The notes below the pieces were generated by a model, which was given only the letters and a program-made list of their open reading frames with translations, had not been told where the DNA came from and searched no databases. This document shows positions 49,012-59,717 of a stretch of 64,000 bases of DNA, one piece after another. Numbering within the stretch: the first letter of the stretch is position 1; each line of letters starts with the position of its first letter. The DNA is from an uncultured Chloroflexia bacterium (GTDB lineage Bacteria > Chloroflexota > Limnocylindria > QHBO01), in assembly GCA_963825525.1 (NCBI GenBank), contig CAWGTN010000002.1, forward strand, positions 1,632,001 through 1,696,000. The letters run 5' to 3'. Both the position numbers and the translations under genes were made by a program.

Positions 49012-50565
49012 ATGGATGTTCGCCCATTGAATCGCCGAGGCGGCAGCCGAAGGACGGCCGTCGCGCTTGCCATGGCGCTCGCCGTCGCGATGCCCGCATC
49101 GGCACTCGGTGACCACGGCCACCCCAACCCGGCGCCATACGTGGCCCTCACGGCCGCCGCGGGCGCAGGTCAGATCGTGCCGCTGATCAACAGCGGCGAC
49201 GTCTACGGTGGCGTCACGTTCGAAGGGATCCCCGATGGCATCGGCGCCGTGCCCGGCACCGGGACCGTCGACCTCTACGTTGCCCACGAGCAGTCGCACG
49301 TGCCCTTCAGCGGGTTCGCCGACTTCCAGGACTCGTCGGTGTCAAAGGTCACCGTCGACCTTGCGCATAAGCAGGTCGTCGGCCTGGACGTGGCACTCTC
49401 GCCCGACCTCGGGTTCCTCCGATTCTGCTCGGCCTTCATGGCAGGACCCGCGGAGGGCTTCTCGGACTACACGTTCTTCGTGAACGAGGAGACCACTGAC
49501 ATCGTCCCGGTCCCGGCAGGCGCCCCGTATGGATCGGATCCGGCCGTTGCGCCGTACCGCCAGGGTGGCTACGCGGCCGCGCTGAGCACGACCACCGGCG
49601 AGGTCACCGCGCTGAGCCGCATGGGCCGACACAACCACGAGAACACCGTGTTCGTGCCTGGTGGCTGGAACAAGACCGCGGCGCTCTCGGGCGACGACAC
49701 CTTCACGGCGCCGTCGTCGCAGCTCTACCTGCACACCGCCAATGATCCGGACCAGGTCCTGTCCGACAAGGGACAGCTCTGGGCCTTCCAGGTCACGGCC
49801 GCCAATGGCCGCAAGGTCAAGCCCAACGATCCGTTCAACAACGCGAACGACTACCTCGAGATCAATCCGGGAGACTCGTTCAGCGGCCAGTTCATCCATG
49901 TCCCGACCGCCATCGCGCGCGGGCTGACCAACGAGGCGCCGCAGGATGCCCTCGAGAACTGGTCGAATGAGAACAACGTGTTCCAGTTCGTCCGGGTCGA
50001 GGACATCGACTACGACCCCGACGATCCGCGAACCGTCTACTTCGCCGACACCGGCACCACGCGCCTCTCCGAGAATCCCGACACGGGGCGGCTCGAGCGG
50101 CTCGCAACGGGCGGCACCAACTCGAACGGCCGCATCTTCAAGATGGTCCTGAACAAGAAGGATCCCCGCATCGTCGACTCGCTGACGATCCTGGTGGATG
50201 GCAACGACATCCCGGCCGCGCAGGGTGGACCGATGCGCAACCCCGACAACCTCGATGTCGGACACAACAGCATCATGGTCCAGGAGGACGCGAGCAACGC
50301 CAAGGTCTGGCGTTACAACATGTCGACCGGCGCCTGGTCGCACGTTGCGTCGGCGACTCAGCCGAGCGCCGAGACCAGCGGCATCCTGGATGTCTCCGAC
50401 ATCTTCGGAGCGGGCTGGTGGGCTCTCGATGTCCAGTCCCATGTCAACCAGTCCGTCGGCACCGTCGATCTGACGTACACGCCGCCGCTGGGCGGTGACA
50501 CGCTGACGTACCGAGAGCGCCGCGAGGACGGCCAGCTGCTGCTGATGCAGATCCCCGGCAGCTGA
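49012..50565 (+). CDS. Secreted PhoX-like (DUF839) alkaline phosphatase family protein
   Basis: RR-containing signal peptide; PDG, RFCSA, MGRHNHEN, RVEDI, NPDNL, QED motifs. Confidence 0.7.
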   Translation: MDVRPLNRRGGSRRTAVALAMALAVAMPASALGDHGHPNPAPYVALTAAAGAGQIVPLINSGDVYGGVTFEGIPDGIGAVPGTGTVDLYVAHEQSHVPFSGFADFQDSSVSKVTVDLAHKQVVGLDVALSPDLGFLRFCSAFMAGPAEGFSDYTFFVNEETTDIVPVPAGAPYGSDPAVAPYRQGGYAAALSTTTGEVTALSRMGRHNHENTVFVPGGWNKTAALSGDDTFTAPSSQLYLHTANDPDQVLSDKGQLWAFQVTAANGRKVKPNDPFNNANDYLEINPGDSFSGQFIHVPTAIARGLTNEAPQDALENWSNENNVFQFVRVEDIDYDPDDPRTVYFADTGTTRLSENPDTGRLERLATGGTNSNGRIFKMVLNKKDPRIVDSLTILVDGNDIPAAQGGPMRNPDNLDVGHNSIMVQEDASNAKVWRYNMSTGAWSHVASATQPSAETSGILDVSDIFGAGWWALDVQSHVNQSVGTVDLTYTPPLGGDTLTYRERREDGQLLLMQIPGS

Positions 50566-50589
50566 CGCGCTTCGCGTTCCGCGTCTGAC

Positions 50590-50617
50590 AGAGCCGCCCG
50601 GTCCGCCGGGCGGCTCT
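50590..50617. terminator. Hairpin terminator between the PhoX-like gene and tRNA-Lys
   Basis: AGAGCCGCCCGG-TCCG-CCGGGCGGCTCT between convergent genes. Confidence 0.75.
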
Positions 50618-50649
50618 TCTCATGTCCGGCGGTGCTTGGAGGTTCATGG

Positions 50650-50725
50650 TGGAGGGCCGTGTGGGATTCGAACCCACGACACGAGGATTAAAAGTCCCCT
50701 GCTCTAACCGCTGAGCTAACGGCCC
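50650..50725 (-). tRNA. tRNA-Lys(UUU)
   Basis: 76-nt cloverleaf GGGCCGT...GGGGA-CTTTTAA-TCCTC...GTTCGAAT...ACGGCCC-T-CCA. Confidence 0.96.
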
Positions 50726-50793
50726 ATTCGCCGCGCACAGTATGCCGGTGGCCGCATCCTGCCGGTCGTGATCGGATTGCTCGCTCCGATGGT

Positions 50794-51256
50794 TCAGACG
50801 CCGACATCGATCGGTGCGGCAGGCGGACCGGATTGAATGACCTCGAGGGCCAATGCGGGCAGACGTCGCGGCGCGAACTCGGTCGTTGCCTCCGCCAACT
50901 CGGCGAGCAGTCCACCACCGGATGTCATCGGTGCCATGTTCGCGGAGCGCCTCCGGGGATGGGCGAGGCTCGAACGACGCCACCCTGCCGAGATAGATCC
51001 GCTCGCTCTGGTCGAAGGTCCGCCCATGAATGACGCCGATATGTCGACGCGTCCAGATGTGCGGGCCAAGGTCCACGGCCTCGGTTCCGAGCTCCTCGTG
51101 GATCTCGCGCAGGGCAGCCGCCTCATCCGTCTCCCCAGGCTCGATCCCGCCACCCGGCGTGCACCACCATGAACGATCGCCGTCCCAGAACCGTACGAGC
51201 AGCAGCCGATCGGCGTCGTCCAGGAGCAGGACTCGTACCGCCTGCCGGCTAGTCAC
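50794..51256 (-). pseudogene. NUDIX hydrolase with a +1 frameshift near 50908 (pseudogene or sequencing error)
   Basis: Nudix box GGGIEPGETDEAAALREIHEELG; RWWT continues as LAELAEATTEFAPRRL...PIDVGV in another frame. Confidence 0.75.
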
Positions 51257-51596
51257 GGGCCGTCCCTTCTTTGGAGGCTTCCGGCTCGACCACGAGGGTG
51301 ATGCCATCGCGTGACAGGACGTGGACCCGCTCGCCGGCATCGGCCCCGGCGTCGCACCGGGCACGCCAGGCCTCTCCGCGGACGTTGACGGCTCCGATCG
51401 GGCGGCAGGCGGTCGTGGTTCGTGCCATGGCCCCGATCAGCGCATCGGCACCGGCGGACGGTGGGTGCCTTCGCAGCAGGCGCATCCACACGACCGTCTC
51501 GGCGATCTCCGCCACCAGGCCGACGGCGATGGCGACCCAGCCCCACGGCGGTGGAAGGAGGAAGACGGCCAGAACGATCGCGACGACAACGAACAC
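51249..51596 (-). CDS. NfeD-like C-terminal domain protein
   Basis: TM hairpin, GADALIG, GAVNVRGEAWRA, DGITLVV. Confidence 0.8.
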   Translation of the reverse strand: MFVVVAIVLAVFLLPPPWGWVAIAVGLVAEIAETVVWMRLLRRHPPSAGADALIGAMARTTTACRPIGAVNVRGEAWRARCDAGADAGERVHVLSRDGITLVVEPEASKEGTARD

Positions 51597-51863
51597 GCGT
51601 TGATTGTCGCTGCTGTGCGCCCCGCCGGGCGCGCCTGGCCGCCGATAATATCGGCTGAGCGGATGGCCTGGGGGCCGCGTCGGGGCGCCGCTCACGCTCG
51701 GATGGAGCGTGAAATATCGGTCGGGAGGGCGCCCAGGGTGGGCCTGGGTCGTCATCGAGCCGAAATATCGGCGGCTGGCGCCGAGTCAGAACGGTTCCGC
51801 ATCGGTCCCCTAGTATCGTCGGCGGGTTGGGTCACCGACCCCAACCCCTTCAGGGAGGATCGA

Positions 51864-54800
51864 ATGCTCGAGGGCCTGGTGGCCCCGCTGCGCGTCGTGC
51901 TGCAGCGAAGCCTTGCGGACTGGCTGCTGGTCGCCGCGACGTGGGTCGTGATCCTCAGCGCCACCACGCTGCTTGCCGTTGGCGTCCTGTACGGCGACGC
52001 CGTGGCACTCAGCGGACTCCGCCAGCGGCTGGCCGATGAGCCCCAGGCCGCGACCACGGTCGAGGTCGGCATGCGGGTGGATCCGGCGGAGCTCGACGTG
52101 GTCGATGACGTCGTTGACTCCCAGGCCCGACGCATCCTGGCGTGGGCCGAGGGCCAGCTGGTCCGCGGCATCCGATCCGGATCACTCGACCTGGTGAGTG
52201 GCGTCGGTGGGTTGTCGGACACCGACCTGGGTGTCGCCGCCGCACTGGACCGGCTCGAGGATCACGCCACGCTCGTGAGCGGCGCATGGCCCAACCCGGA
52301 GCGCCAGCCGCTCGAGGCGACGGTATCCGTGGCTGCGGCGGAGCGGCTCGGACTTCGGGTAGGCGACGTCGTCTCCGTCCGGAGTCGGTCCGGGTCGAGA
52401 TCCGAGATCGATGTGCTGGTCTCCGGGATCTGGCAGCCGACGGACCCGGCGGATCGGTACTGGGAGGCCGGATCGCTGGAGCTGACCGGCATCGAGGAGG
52501 GGGCATCCTTCACCCTGCATGGCCCGTTGATGGTCACGACCGAGGACCTCATCGGCAGCCTCACCGCGGGCAAGCTCGACGTCACATGGCGTGCCCTGCC
52601 GGACTTCGACCGCCTTGCCCTTCAGAACGTCCGGTGGATGCGGAGTGACGCCGCGGCGCTGGAGGGACGCATCCGTGCCGAGCTCGGCTCGGGGTCGTTC
52701 TTCGCCGTCGGCACCGACCTCCCCCGGGTCCTGCGTGAGGCGGATCGATCACTGCTCGTCAGCCGCTCCGGCGTCCTGGTGCTCACGATCCAGTTCGTGG
52801 TGCTGGCCGGGTATGCCCTGATCCTGGTGGCGGGACTGTTGGCCGAGCATCGGCGGATCGAGACATCGCTGTTGCGCTCACGCGGTGCGGGGATGATGCA
52901 CATCGCGCTCCTGGCGGCGCTTGAGGCGGTCCTGCTGGTCGTCCCGGCGGTGCTGGTTGCCCCGTGGGTCGCGCTGGCTGCGCTCCAGTTGTTCGATGTC
53001 GTCGGTCCGCTGGCCGCCGCCGGCGTCAGCATCCAGCCACGGATCGACGGTGCCACCCTGGCGGTCGCGGCCGTGGCGGGAGTCGCGTCGCTCATCGGCG
53101 TCGTGCTGCCCGCGGTGGCCGGCGGTGGCGGGCTGGCCAGCTGTCCGGCAATCGATGGCGCGCCAGTCGGGCAGCTCGCTCGCGCAGCGCATGGGCATCG
53201 ATGTCGCCCTGCTGGCGCTGGCGGCGATCGGCATATGGCAGCTTCGCCAGTACGGGGCGCCACTGACTGCCACTGTCCGTGGTGATTTAGGCCTGGACCC
53301 GCTGTTGGTCGCCGCACCGGCCATGGCACTGGTGGCCGGCGCGATCCTGGCCCTGCGCATCGTCCCACTCCTGGCCGAGCTGGCGGAGCGAGCATTCGGC
53401 CCTCGCGCCGGCCTGGTGGCTCCCCTGGGCGCGCGGCAGCTGGCGCGCCGGCCGCTGCGCTACACCCGTTCGGCATTGCTGCTCATCCTGGCCTCGGCCA
53501 TGGGCACGTTCGCCGCGGCCTACATCGGCTCCTGGCAGCGCTCGCAGGCCGACCAGGCCGCCTACCGAACGGGAGGTGACCTGCGGCTCGAGGTCTCCGG
53601 CTTCCCCGACCTGCCTGCCTGGGCACTCGGACCCGCCTACGAGGGCGTCGATGGCGTTCGGTCCGCGATGCCCGTGCTGACCGACACGTTCGACGTCGCC
53701 GGCCGCGTGTCAGGTGGCCAGCTCCTGGGCGTCGGTGCGGAGCGCCTGGTCGGGACGGTCGACGTGCGGTCCGATCTGCTGGGCGGCCTGGCGCTGGACG
53801 AGGCTGCCGGACGCCTCGTCCCGACAACCGACGACATCGGCGGGATCCCGCTTCCCGAATCGGTGACGGGCCTGGTTCTCGAGTTCACGACCTCCCTCGA
53901 GAGCCATCCCGGTCCGTCCGGCGATGACCCCGGCGGCCTGGCGTTCACCGGGGAGCTTCGCGCCGACTTCCCGATCGGGCAGGTCAGCGTTGCCGTCCGC
54001 GACGCCACGGGCGCGGTGCGTGTCGTCAACGCCGGCAACCGGCTACGGGCGGCGGCAGGTGGCCAGGTCGTCGACGTTCCCCTGGTGGAACCGGGGTCCG
54101 ATGGCAGGACGCTGCGCATGCCCGGTCCGGTGCAGCTCATCGGGGTGGACGTGTCGCTCCAGCCTCCGGCCGATACGCGCATTGCGGGGGAGGTCACACT
54201 CGTCGCCGTCAATCCATCCGGCGAGGCAACCGCCGGCCCCGGGCTGCTGGATGAGGGCACCGGTCAAGGGTGGTCGTGGCTCGTCCAGCGAAGTGGTGAC
54301 TCGGCGACGGCGCCGGCGACCGAGAGCGAAGACCCGGCCACACTGCGGGTGTCGCTCCGGGAGGCGATCTACGGTGACCAGGGGCCGGCGCGCCTGCGAT
54401 TCACACCGCCGGACTTCACGCGGCTGGCGAGCACGACGGTTCCGGTGATCGTGAGCCGGACCTTCGCCGACGCCACCCATGTCGAGATGGGGACCACCCT
54501 GTCCCTGGGGTCGCTCACCCGTCGGTACGAGGTCGAGGTCGTCGGGATCGTCGACGGGTTCCCAACCCTCGACCCCTCGCGGCCATTCGCCATCGGCGAC
54601 GTCGGGACGCTGGCCCTGGCTTCGTACGCGCGGTCGGGACAGGAGCTCTTCATCGACGAGTGGTGGCTCCGCGTCGATGATCAGGGCGCGGCCTCCGCGG
54701 CCCTGTCCGGCGATCCGTTCTCGGTGGAGCGCCTCACGTCACGCGACGGGTTGGTACGGTCGCTCGGAGACGATCCCGTGGCGCTCGGGATCGTTGGGGC

Positions 54801-55212
54801 GCTTGCCATCGGCTCGGTCTCGGCACTGATCGTGGCGATCATCGGGTTCGCGGTCAGCGCCGTGGTCAGCACGCGTGAGCGGCTCGGCGAATTCGCCCTG
54901 CTGCGCGCTGTCGGGCTGTCCTCGCGTCAGCTCTCGGCATGGCTCACCTTCGAGTTCGCGTTCCTGCTGGCGATCGGGGCCGGGGCGGGATCGGCGCTCG
55001 GGCTGCTGCTCTCCTGGCTCGTCCTTCCGTTCGTGACCCTCACCGCCGATGCGCAGGCCGCATTCCCGCCGATCGTCATCGTGGTGCCGTGGGTGGCGAT
55101 CATCGGCATTCACGCCGTCGCGGCGGCCGCCCTGGTCGGGGCGGTGATGGTCACCACGCGAGTGATCCGGCGAGCTCCGGTGATCGGCGTCCTTCGGGCG
55201 GGCGAGGACTGA
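51864..55212 (+). pseudogene. Large FtsX/MacB-type ABC permease with a +1 frameshift near 53139-53142
   Basis: LLRSRGA in frame 1; RPLRY and EFALLRAVG in frame 2; removing one base joins GGGGLA to VRQSMARQ. Confidence 0.75.
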
Positions 55213-55217
55213 CGCCG

Positions 55218-57980
55218 ATGCGCTCCATCCTCTTCCTCCTCAGCCGGTACCGCGCCGAGCGCGGCGCGATGCTGCTGTTCGCTCTCGTGGTCGGGATCAC
55301 CGCGCTCCTGGCCGGGGTGGCGCCCCGCGCGCTGAGTCGCGTCGCCGACGACGGTCTGCGGACGGCCGTGGCCGGGGCGCGGTCGGTCGAGCGCAACCTC
55401 CAGCTCGGCCAGATCGGCCAAATCGGCGGCTCGACCGGCACCGGGACGGTGATCGATGCGGGCGATGACATCGTCGCCGGGTTGCCCGATTCGATTCAAC
55501 GCATCATCGCCAGCCGGTCCTACCAGGTGGAGAGCGCCAACTGGTCCGTGGTGCGCGACCGCGAGCTGTTCCCCGGATGGCTTCGCTTCCGATTGGGGTC
55601 CGGGATCGACGAGCGCATCACATACGTGGAGGGGCGGCCCCCGACGGGCGCCACGACCACCATTCCCGGTGCGCTCGGCACGCTCCCCGGGCAGCCGGAG
55701 GACGCGACCGTGTTCGAGGTCTCGCTGCCGGTCGCCACCGCCGAAGAGCTCAGTGTGGGTGTCGGCGACCGCATGGAGCTCATCCCCGACACGGACGACG
55801 TCCTGGTCGGACAGTTCAGCAGTCCCGTGCGCGCGGCCGCGGACGTGGTCGGGGTGTACGAAGTCGTTGATCCGGCGGACCCCTTCTGGCTCAACGATCC
55901 GGCCCTCGAGCAGCCGACCGTCATCGTGATCTCGCCCGATCTCCAGCTCATCTACGGCACCGCGCTGCTCGACGAAGCGGCCTATCAGGCGCTGATGTCC
56001 AAGTTCCTGCCGGTCCGCTACTCGTGGCGCCAGTACATCGACCCCGCGCGCCTGGACGCCGGCGTGCTGGCCGAGATCACCTCGGACCTCCAGCTGATGC
56101 TGACCCAGTTCCCGCCCTTCGTCACGACGCTGCGCGAGGCGGAGACCACGACCCTTCGCACCGGTCTGCTCACCGTGCTCGAGCGGTTCGCCGGCGAGCG
56201 TCGCACGGTCGAGGCGGTGCTCACGACCGCCGCGCTCGGCCCCGCGGCCGTGGCCGGCGCCGCGGTCATCCTCCTGTCGCTGATCATGGTCCAACGTCGC
56301 GACCGGTCAGCCGCGCTGGCGCGAGGTAGGGGGGCCTCCGCCGTCCAGTGGGTCGGCTCGCATGTCGTCGAGGGCTCCATCCTGGCCGTCCCCGCTGCCG
56401 CGCTGGCGGCCGTCCTCGCCCGCCTGTTCGTCGACGCGCGTTCGACGGCCGCGGACGTTATGGGTCCCGCGCTGGTTGCGGTCGGCGCGATGGTCATCCT
56501 GGTCGCGGTGGCGAGCCTCCAGGCGCGACGCCGTCCCGGGGACACCGGCGTCTCGAGGCCGCTTCGGCGTCCCGGCCCGCGACGCATCGTGGCCGAACTG
56601 TTCGTCATCGGGCTCGCGGTTGGCGGGGCCTTTCTCCTGCGGGAGCGCGGGCTGGCAGGAGGAGGATCCGAGGCGCAGCTGACCGGCGCCGACCCGCTGC
56701 TGGCGGCGGTCCCGGCGCTCATCGGGATGGCGGCCGGCCTGCTGGCTGCACGCCTGTACCCGGTTCCGCTCCGAATGGCCGACTGGCTCTCGGATGGGTG
56801 GCGCGGAAGCGTGCCGGCACTTGGCCTGCGTCGGGCGGCCCGCTCCGGCGAGGCCGGAAGCATGCCGCTCCTCGTGCTGCTCATCACCGTCGCCATCGGG
56901 TCATTCAGCTCCACGATCTCGGTCTCGATCGCCCGCGGCCAGGAGGCGGCGGCCTGGCAGCAGGTCGGGGCCGACGTCGCCGTCCTGCCGGGATCGCGTC
57001 CGTTCCCCTCTGCCTTCGACGCGACCGAGCTTCCCGGGGTCGAGCTCGCCGCCGGGACGCACGCGGCGACCGCCGCGCTGGGGGGCCGGGGAGGGCAGCG
57101 CGTCGACCTGCATGCCATCGACCTGCCCGCCTACTCGGAGGTGACGGCCGGCACCGGCGCCGACCCGCGACTGCCACGCGCCGTGCTCACCGAACCCTCC
57201 GAGGAGGAGCCGATCCCGGCGATCCTGTCGCGCGGGGCGGCGACCGAAGGGCCGAGGGCCATCCGGGCAGGGGACGAGGTGGAGCTGCTCGTCGCATCCC
57301 GCCTGGTCCCCATCCGTGTCGTCGAGATTCGCAGCTCCTTCCCGGGCATCGATCCGCGCGAGACGTGGCTGGTCGTACCGCTCGGACGTCTCGAGTCGGC
57401 CGTCGGACGCGACCTCGCCGCGACGTCGTACCTGCTGCGGGCACCCGGGATCGAAACCGCGGCATTGCAGGGCGCGATGGACGAGGTCCTGCCGGCGACG
57501 TCGATCGTCGGCCGTGCCGATGTGCTGGACCGGCTGCGCGCCGGTCCTCTGGCGCAGGCCGTCGGCGCGGGTTTCGTGGTCGCGGTTGTCGTGGCCCTTG
57601 CGTACGCCATGTTCGCCACCACGGCCGCGCTTGTCCTCATAGCAAGGGTCCGGATGAGCGAGACGGCGCATCTGCGTACCCTGGGGCTCTCGTCGAGGGA
57701 CGTGCTCGCGCTGTCGGTGGTGGAGCACGGCCCGGCCATCGTGGCGGCGACCGTGCTCGGCGTGGCCCTCGGCATCGGCATCGCCTGGTTCATCGCGCCC
57801 GGCCTCGGCCTGGCCGCGCTCATCGGTTCGCCTGTCAAGGTGGCGCTGGTCGTGGAGTGGCCCGTCGTCGGAGCGCTGCTGGCGAGCCTGCTGGCCGTCA
57901 TGGTGGTTGCGGTGGCAGTCTCATCGAGGCTCGGACGGGGTGCCAGCCTGGCCGGATCGGCGCGCCAGGGCATCGAGTGA
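55218..57980 (+). CDS. Large FtsX/MacB-type ABC permease
   Basis: LARGRGAS, QVGAD, ETAHLRTLG; two TM blocks with large extracytoplasmic domains. Confidence 0.88.
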   Translation: MRSILFLLSRYRAERGAMLLFALVVGITALLAGVAPRALSRVADDGLRTAVAGARSVERNLQLGQIGQIGGSTGTGTVIDAGDDIVAGLPDSIQRIIASRSYQVESANWSVVRDRELFPGWLRFRLGSGIDERITYVEGRPPTGATTTIPGALGTLPGQPEDATVFEVSLPVATAEELSVGVGDRMELIPDTDDVLVGQFSSPVRAAADVVGVYEVVDPADPFWLNDPALEQPTVIVISPDLQLIYGTALLDEAAYQALMSKFLPVRYSWRQYIDPARLDAGVLAEITSDLQLMLTQFPPFVTTLREAETTTLRTGLLTVLERFAGERRTVEAVLTTAALGPAAVAGAAVILLSLIMVQRRDRSAALARGRGASAVQWVGSHVVEGSILAVPAAALAAVLARLFVDARSTAADVMGPALVAVGAMVILVAVASLQARRRPGDTGVSRPLRRPGPRRIVAELFVIGLAVGGAFLLRERGLAGGGSEAQLTGADPLLAAVPALIGMAAGLLAARLYPVPLRMADWLSDGWRGSVPALGLRRAARSGEAGSMPLLVLLITVAIGSFSSTISVSIARGQEAAAWQQVGADVAVLPGSRPFPSAFDATELPGVELAAGTHAATAALGGRGGQRVDLHAIDLPAYSEVTAGTGADPRLPRAVLTEPSEEEPIPAILSRGAATEGPRAIRAGDEVELLVASRLVPIRVVEIRSSFPGIDPRETWLVVPLGRLESAVGRDLAATSYLLRAPGIETAALQGAMDEVLPATSIVGRADVLDRLRAGPLAQAVGAGFVVAVVVALAYAMFATTAALVLIARVRMSETAHLRTLGLSSRDVLALSVVEHGPAIVAATVLGVALGIGIAWFIAPGLGLAALIGSPVKVALVVEWPVVGALLASLLAVMVVAVAVSSRLGRGASLAGSARQGIE

Positions 57981-57998
57981 ATCTGCAAGGATGAGGGT

Positions 57999-58994
57999 GT
58001 GACCAGACCGATCCCCCGCGACGACACGGAGATCGTCGACCTGCCCGGCGGCGCTCCGGCCGCGGCCGGGCCGGCCTTCACGTCCGCAAGCGAGCGGCGC
58101 CGGTATGGCCACGGGGCGCAGATCGCGTGCGACAACCTCGTGAAGATCTACAAGGTCGCGGACCTCGAGGTCGTTGCACTCCAGGGCCTGGACCTGCTCG
58201 TCGAGCGCGGGGAGATGGTCGCCATCGTGGGAGCCTCCGGATCGGGAAAGTCCACCCTGCTCAGCATCCTCGGCGGTCTCGACGTCCCGTCGGCCGGGCG
58301 CGCCGTGGTTGGCGGGCACGATCTGGGAGCCATAGGACGGCGGGAGCGGACCCGATATCGGCGACGCGTCATCGGATTCGTCTGGCAGCAGACCGCGCGC
58401 AACCTGCTGCCGTATCTCTCGGCTGCCGAGAACGTCGAGATGCCGATGATCCTCGATGGTCGTGACGCTCGCGCCCGTCGCGAGCGCTCGGCGCAGCTCC
58501 TCGACCTGGTCGGGCTCCACGATCGGGCGGACCATCGGCCGGAGCGTCTGAGCGGTGGCGAGCAGCAGCGCGTCGCGATCGCGGTCGCGCTAGCCAACGA
58601 GCCGGAGGTGCTCCTCGCCGATGAGCCGACCGGCGAGCTCGACAGCGACACGAGTGGCGAGGTCTTCGAGCTCATGCGGCGCGCCAATCGGGATCTGGGC
58701 ACGACGGTCGTCATCGTCACGCACGACCCGCTGGTCAGCGAGCAGGTGCAACGGACCGTGGCCATCCGTGACGGGCGCACCTCCACCGAGACGCTGCGAC
58801 GCACCTCCGTCTCGGAGGAGGGCGACCACCAGGTGATTGCCGAGGAGTTCGCTGTCCTGGACCGGGCCGGTCGGCTGCAACTACCTCGCTCGCACGTCGA
58901 GGCGCTCGAACTCGAACGACGAGTCCGCCTTCGCCTCGAGCCGGATCACATCGGCGTGTGGCCGGACGACCATCCGGATCGGGCGGACCGATGA
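57999..58994 (+). CDS. ABC ATPase (LolD/MacB-like) with C-terminal AbrB-like extension
   Basis: GASGSGKST, LSGGEQQR, ADEPTG; VLDRAGRLQLP. Confidence 0.92.
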   Translation: MTRPIPRDDTEIVDLPGGAPAAAGPAFTSASERRRYGHGAQIACDNLVKIYKVADLEVVALQGLDLLVERGEMVAIVGASGSGKSTLLSILGGLDVPSAGRAVVGGHDLGAIGRRERTRYRRRVIGFVWQQTARNLLPYLSAAENVEMPMILDGRDARARRERSAQLLDLVGLHDRADHRPERLSGGEQQRVAIAVALANEPEVLLADEPTGELDSDTSGEVFELMRRANRDLGTTVVIVTHDPLVSEQVQRTVAIRDGRTSTETLRRTSVSEEGDHQVIAEEFAVLDRAGRLQLPRSHVEALELERRVRLRLEPDHIGVWPDDHPDRADR

Positions 58995-59707
58995 GCCAGG
59001 CGTTCGCTCCCGCCGCTGCCGAGCCGATGCTCGTGGCGGATGGTCTCGTCCGCGACTATCCATCCGGCGACGACGTCGTGCACGCGCTGCGCGGCGTCGA
59101 CCTTCGCATCGCTCCGAGACAGCTCGTCGCCGTCCGTGGCCGATCCGGGTCGGGCAAAACGACACTGCTCAACCTGCTCGGCGGGCTCGATCGGCCCTCG
59201 GCCGGACGGGTCGTGGTCGACGGGCTCGAGGTGAGCTCGATGAGCGAGGCACAGCTCGTCGACTTTCGCCGCCGGGACGTCGCCTTCATCTTTCAGGCCT
59301 TCGGGCTGCTTCCCATCCTGTCTGCGGCCGAGAACGTCGAGGTCCCCCTGCGCCTGCTGCGAACCGAGCCACGGGCACGCGACGCCCGCGTCGCCGAGCT
59401 GCTCGAGCTGGTGGGACTCGGGCCGCGGGCACGGCATCGGCCTCACGAGCTGTCGGGCGGGGAGCAGCAGCGCGTCGCCATTGCCCGGGCACTCGCCAAC
59501 CGTCCGAAGCTCCTGCTGGCAGATGAGCCGACCGGGCAGCTCGACTCCCATACCGGCCAGGCCATCATGGGGCTGCTGAGAACGGTCGTCCGCACGGAGG
59601 GGGTGACCGCCGTCGTGGCCACCCACGACCCCGCGCTGCTCGATATGGCCGACCGCGTCGTCGAGATCCACGACGGCCGACTGTCCGAGGCCGCCACGAC
59701 CGGCTGA
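58991..59707 (+). CDS. ABC ATPase (LolD/MacB-like)
   Basis: GRSGSGKTT, LSGGEQQR, ADEPTG. Confidence 0.92.
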   Translation: MSQAFAPAAAEPMLVADGLVRDYPSGDDVVHALRGVDLRIAPRQLVAVRGRSGSGKTTLLNLLGGLDRPSAGRVVVDGLEVSSMSEAQLVDFRRRDVAFIFQAFGLLPILSAAENVEVPLRLLRTEPRARDARVAELLELVGLGPRARHRPHELSGGEQQRVAIARALANRPKLLLADEPTGQLDSHTGQAIMGLLRTVVRTEGVTAVVATHDPALLDMADRVVEIHDGRLSEAATTG

Positions 59708-59717
59708 CGGCTCGCGG

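Noticed and set aside
53130-53150. Programmed ribosomal frameshift in the ABC permease
   Set aside because: No slippery heptamer or homopolymer; a simple indel is more parsimonious.
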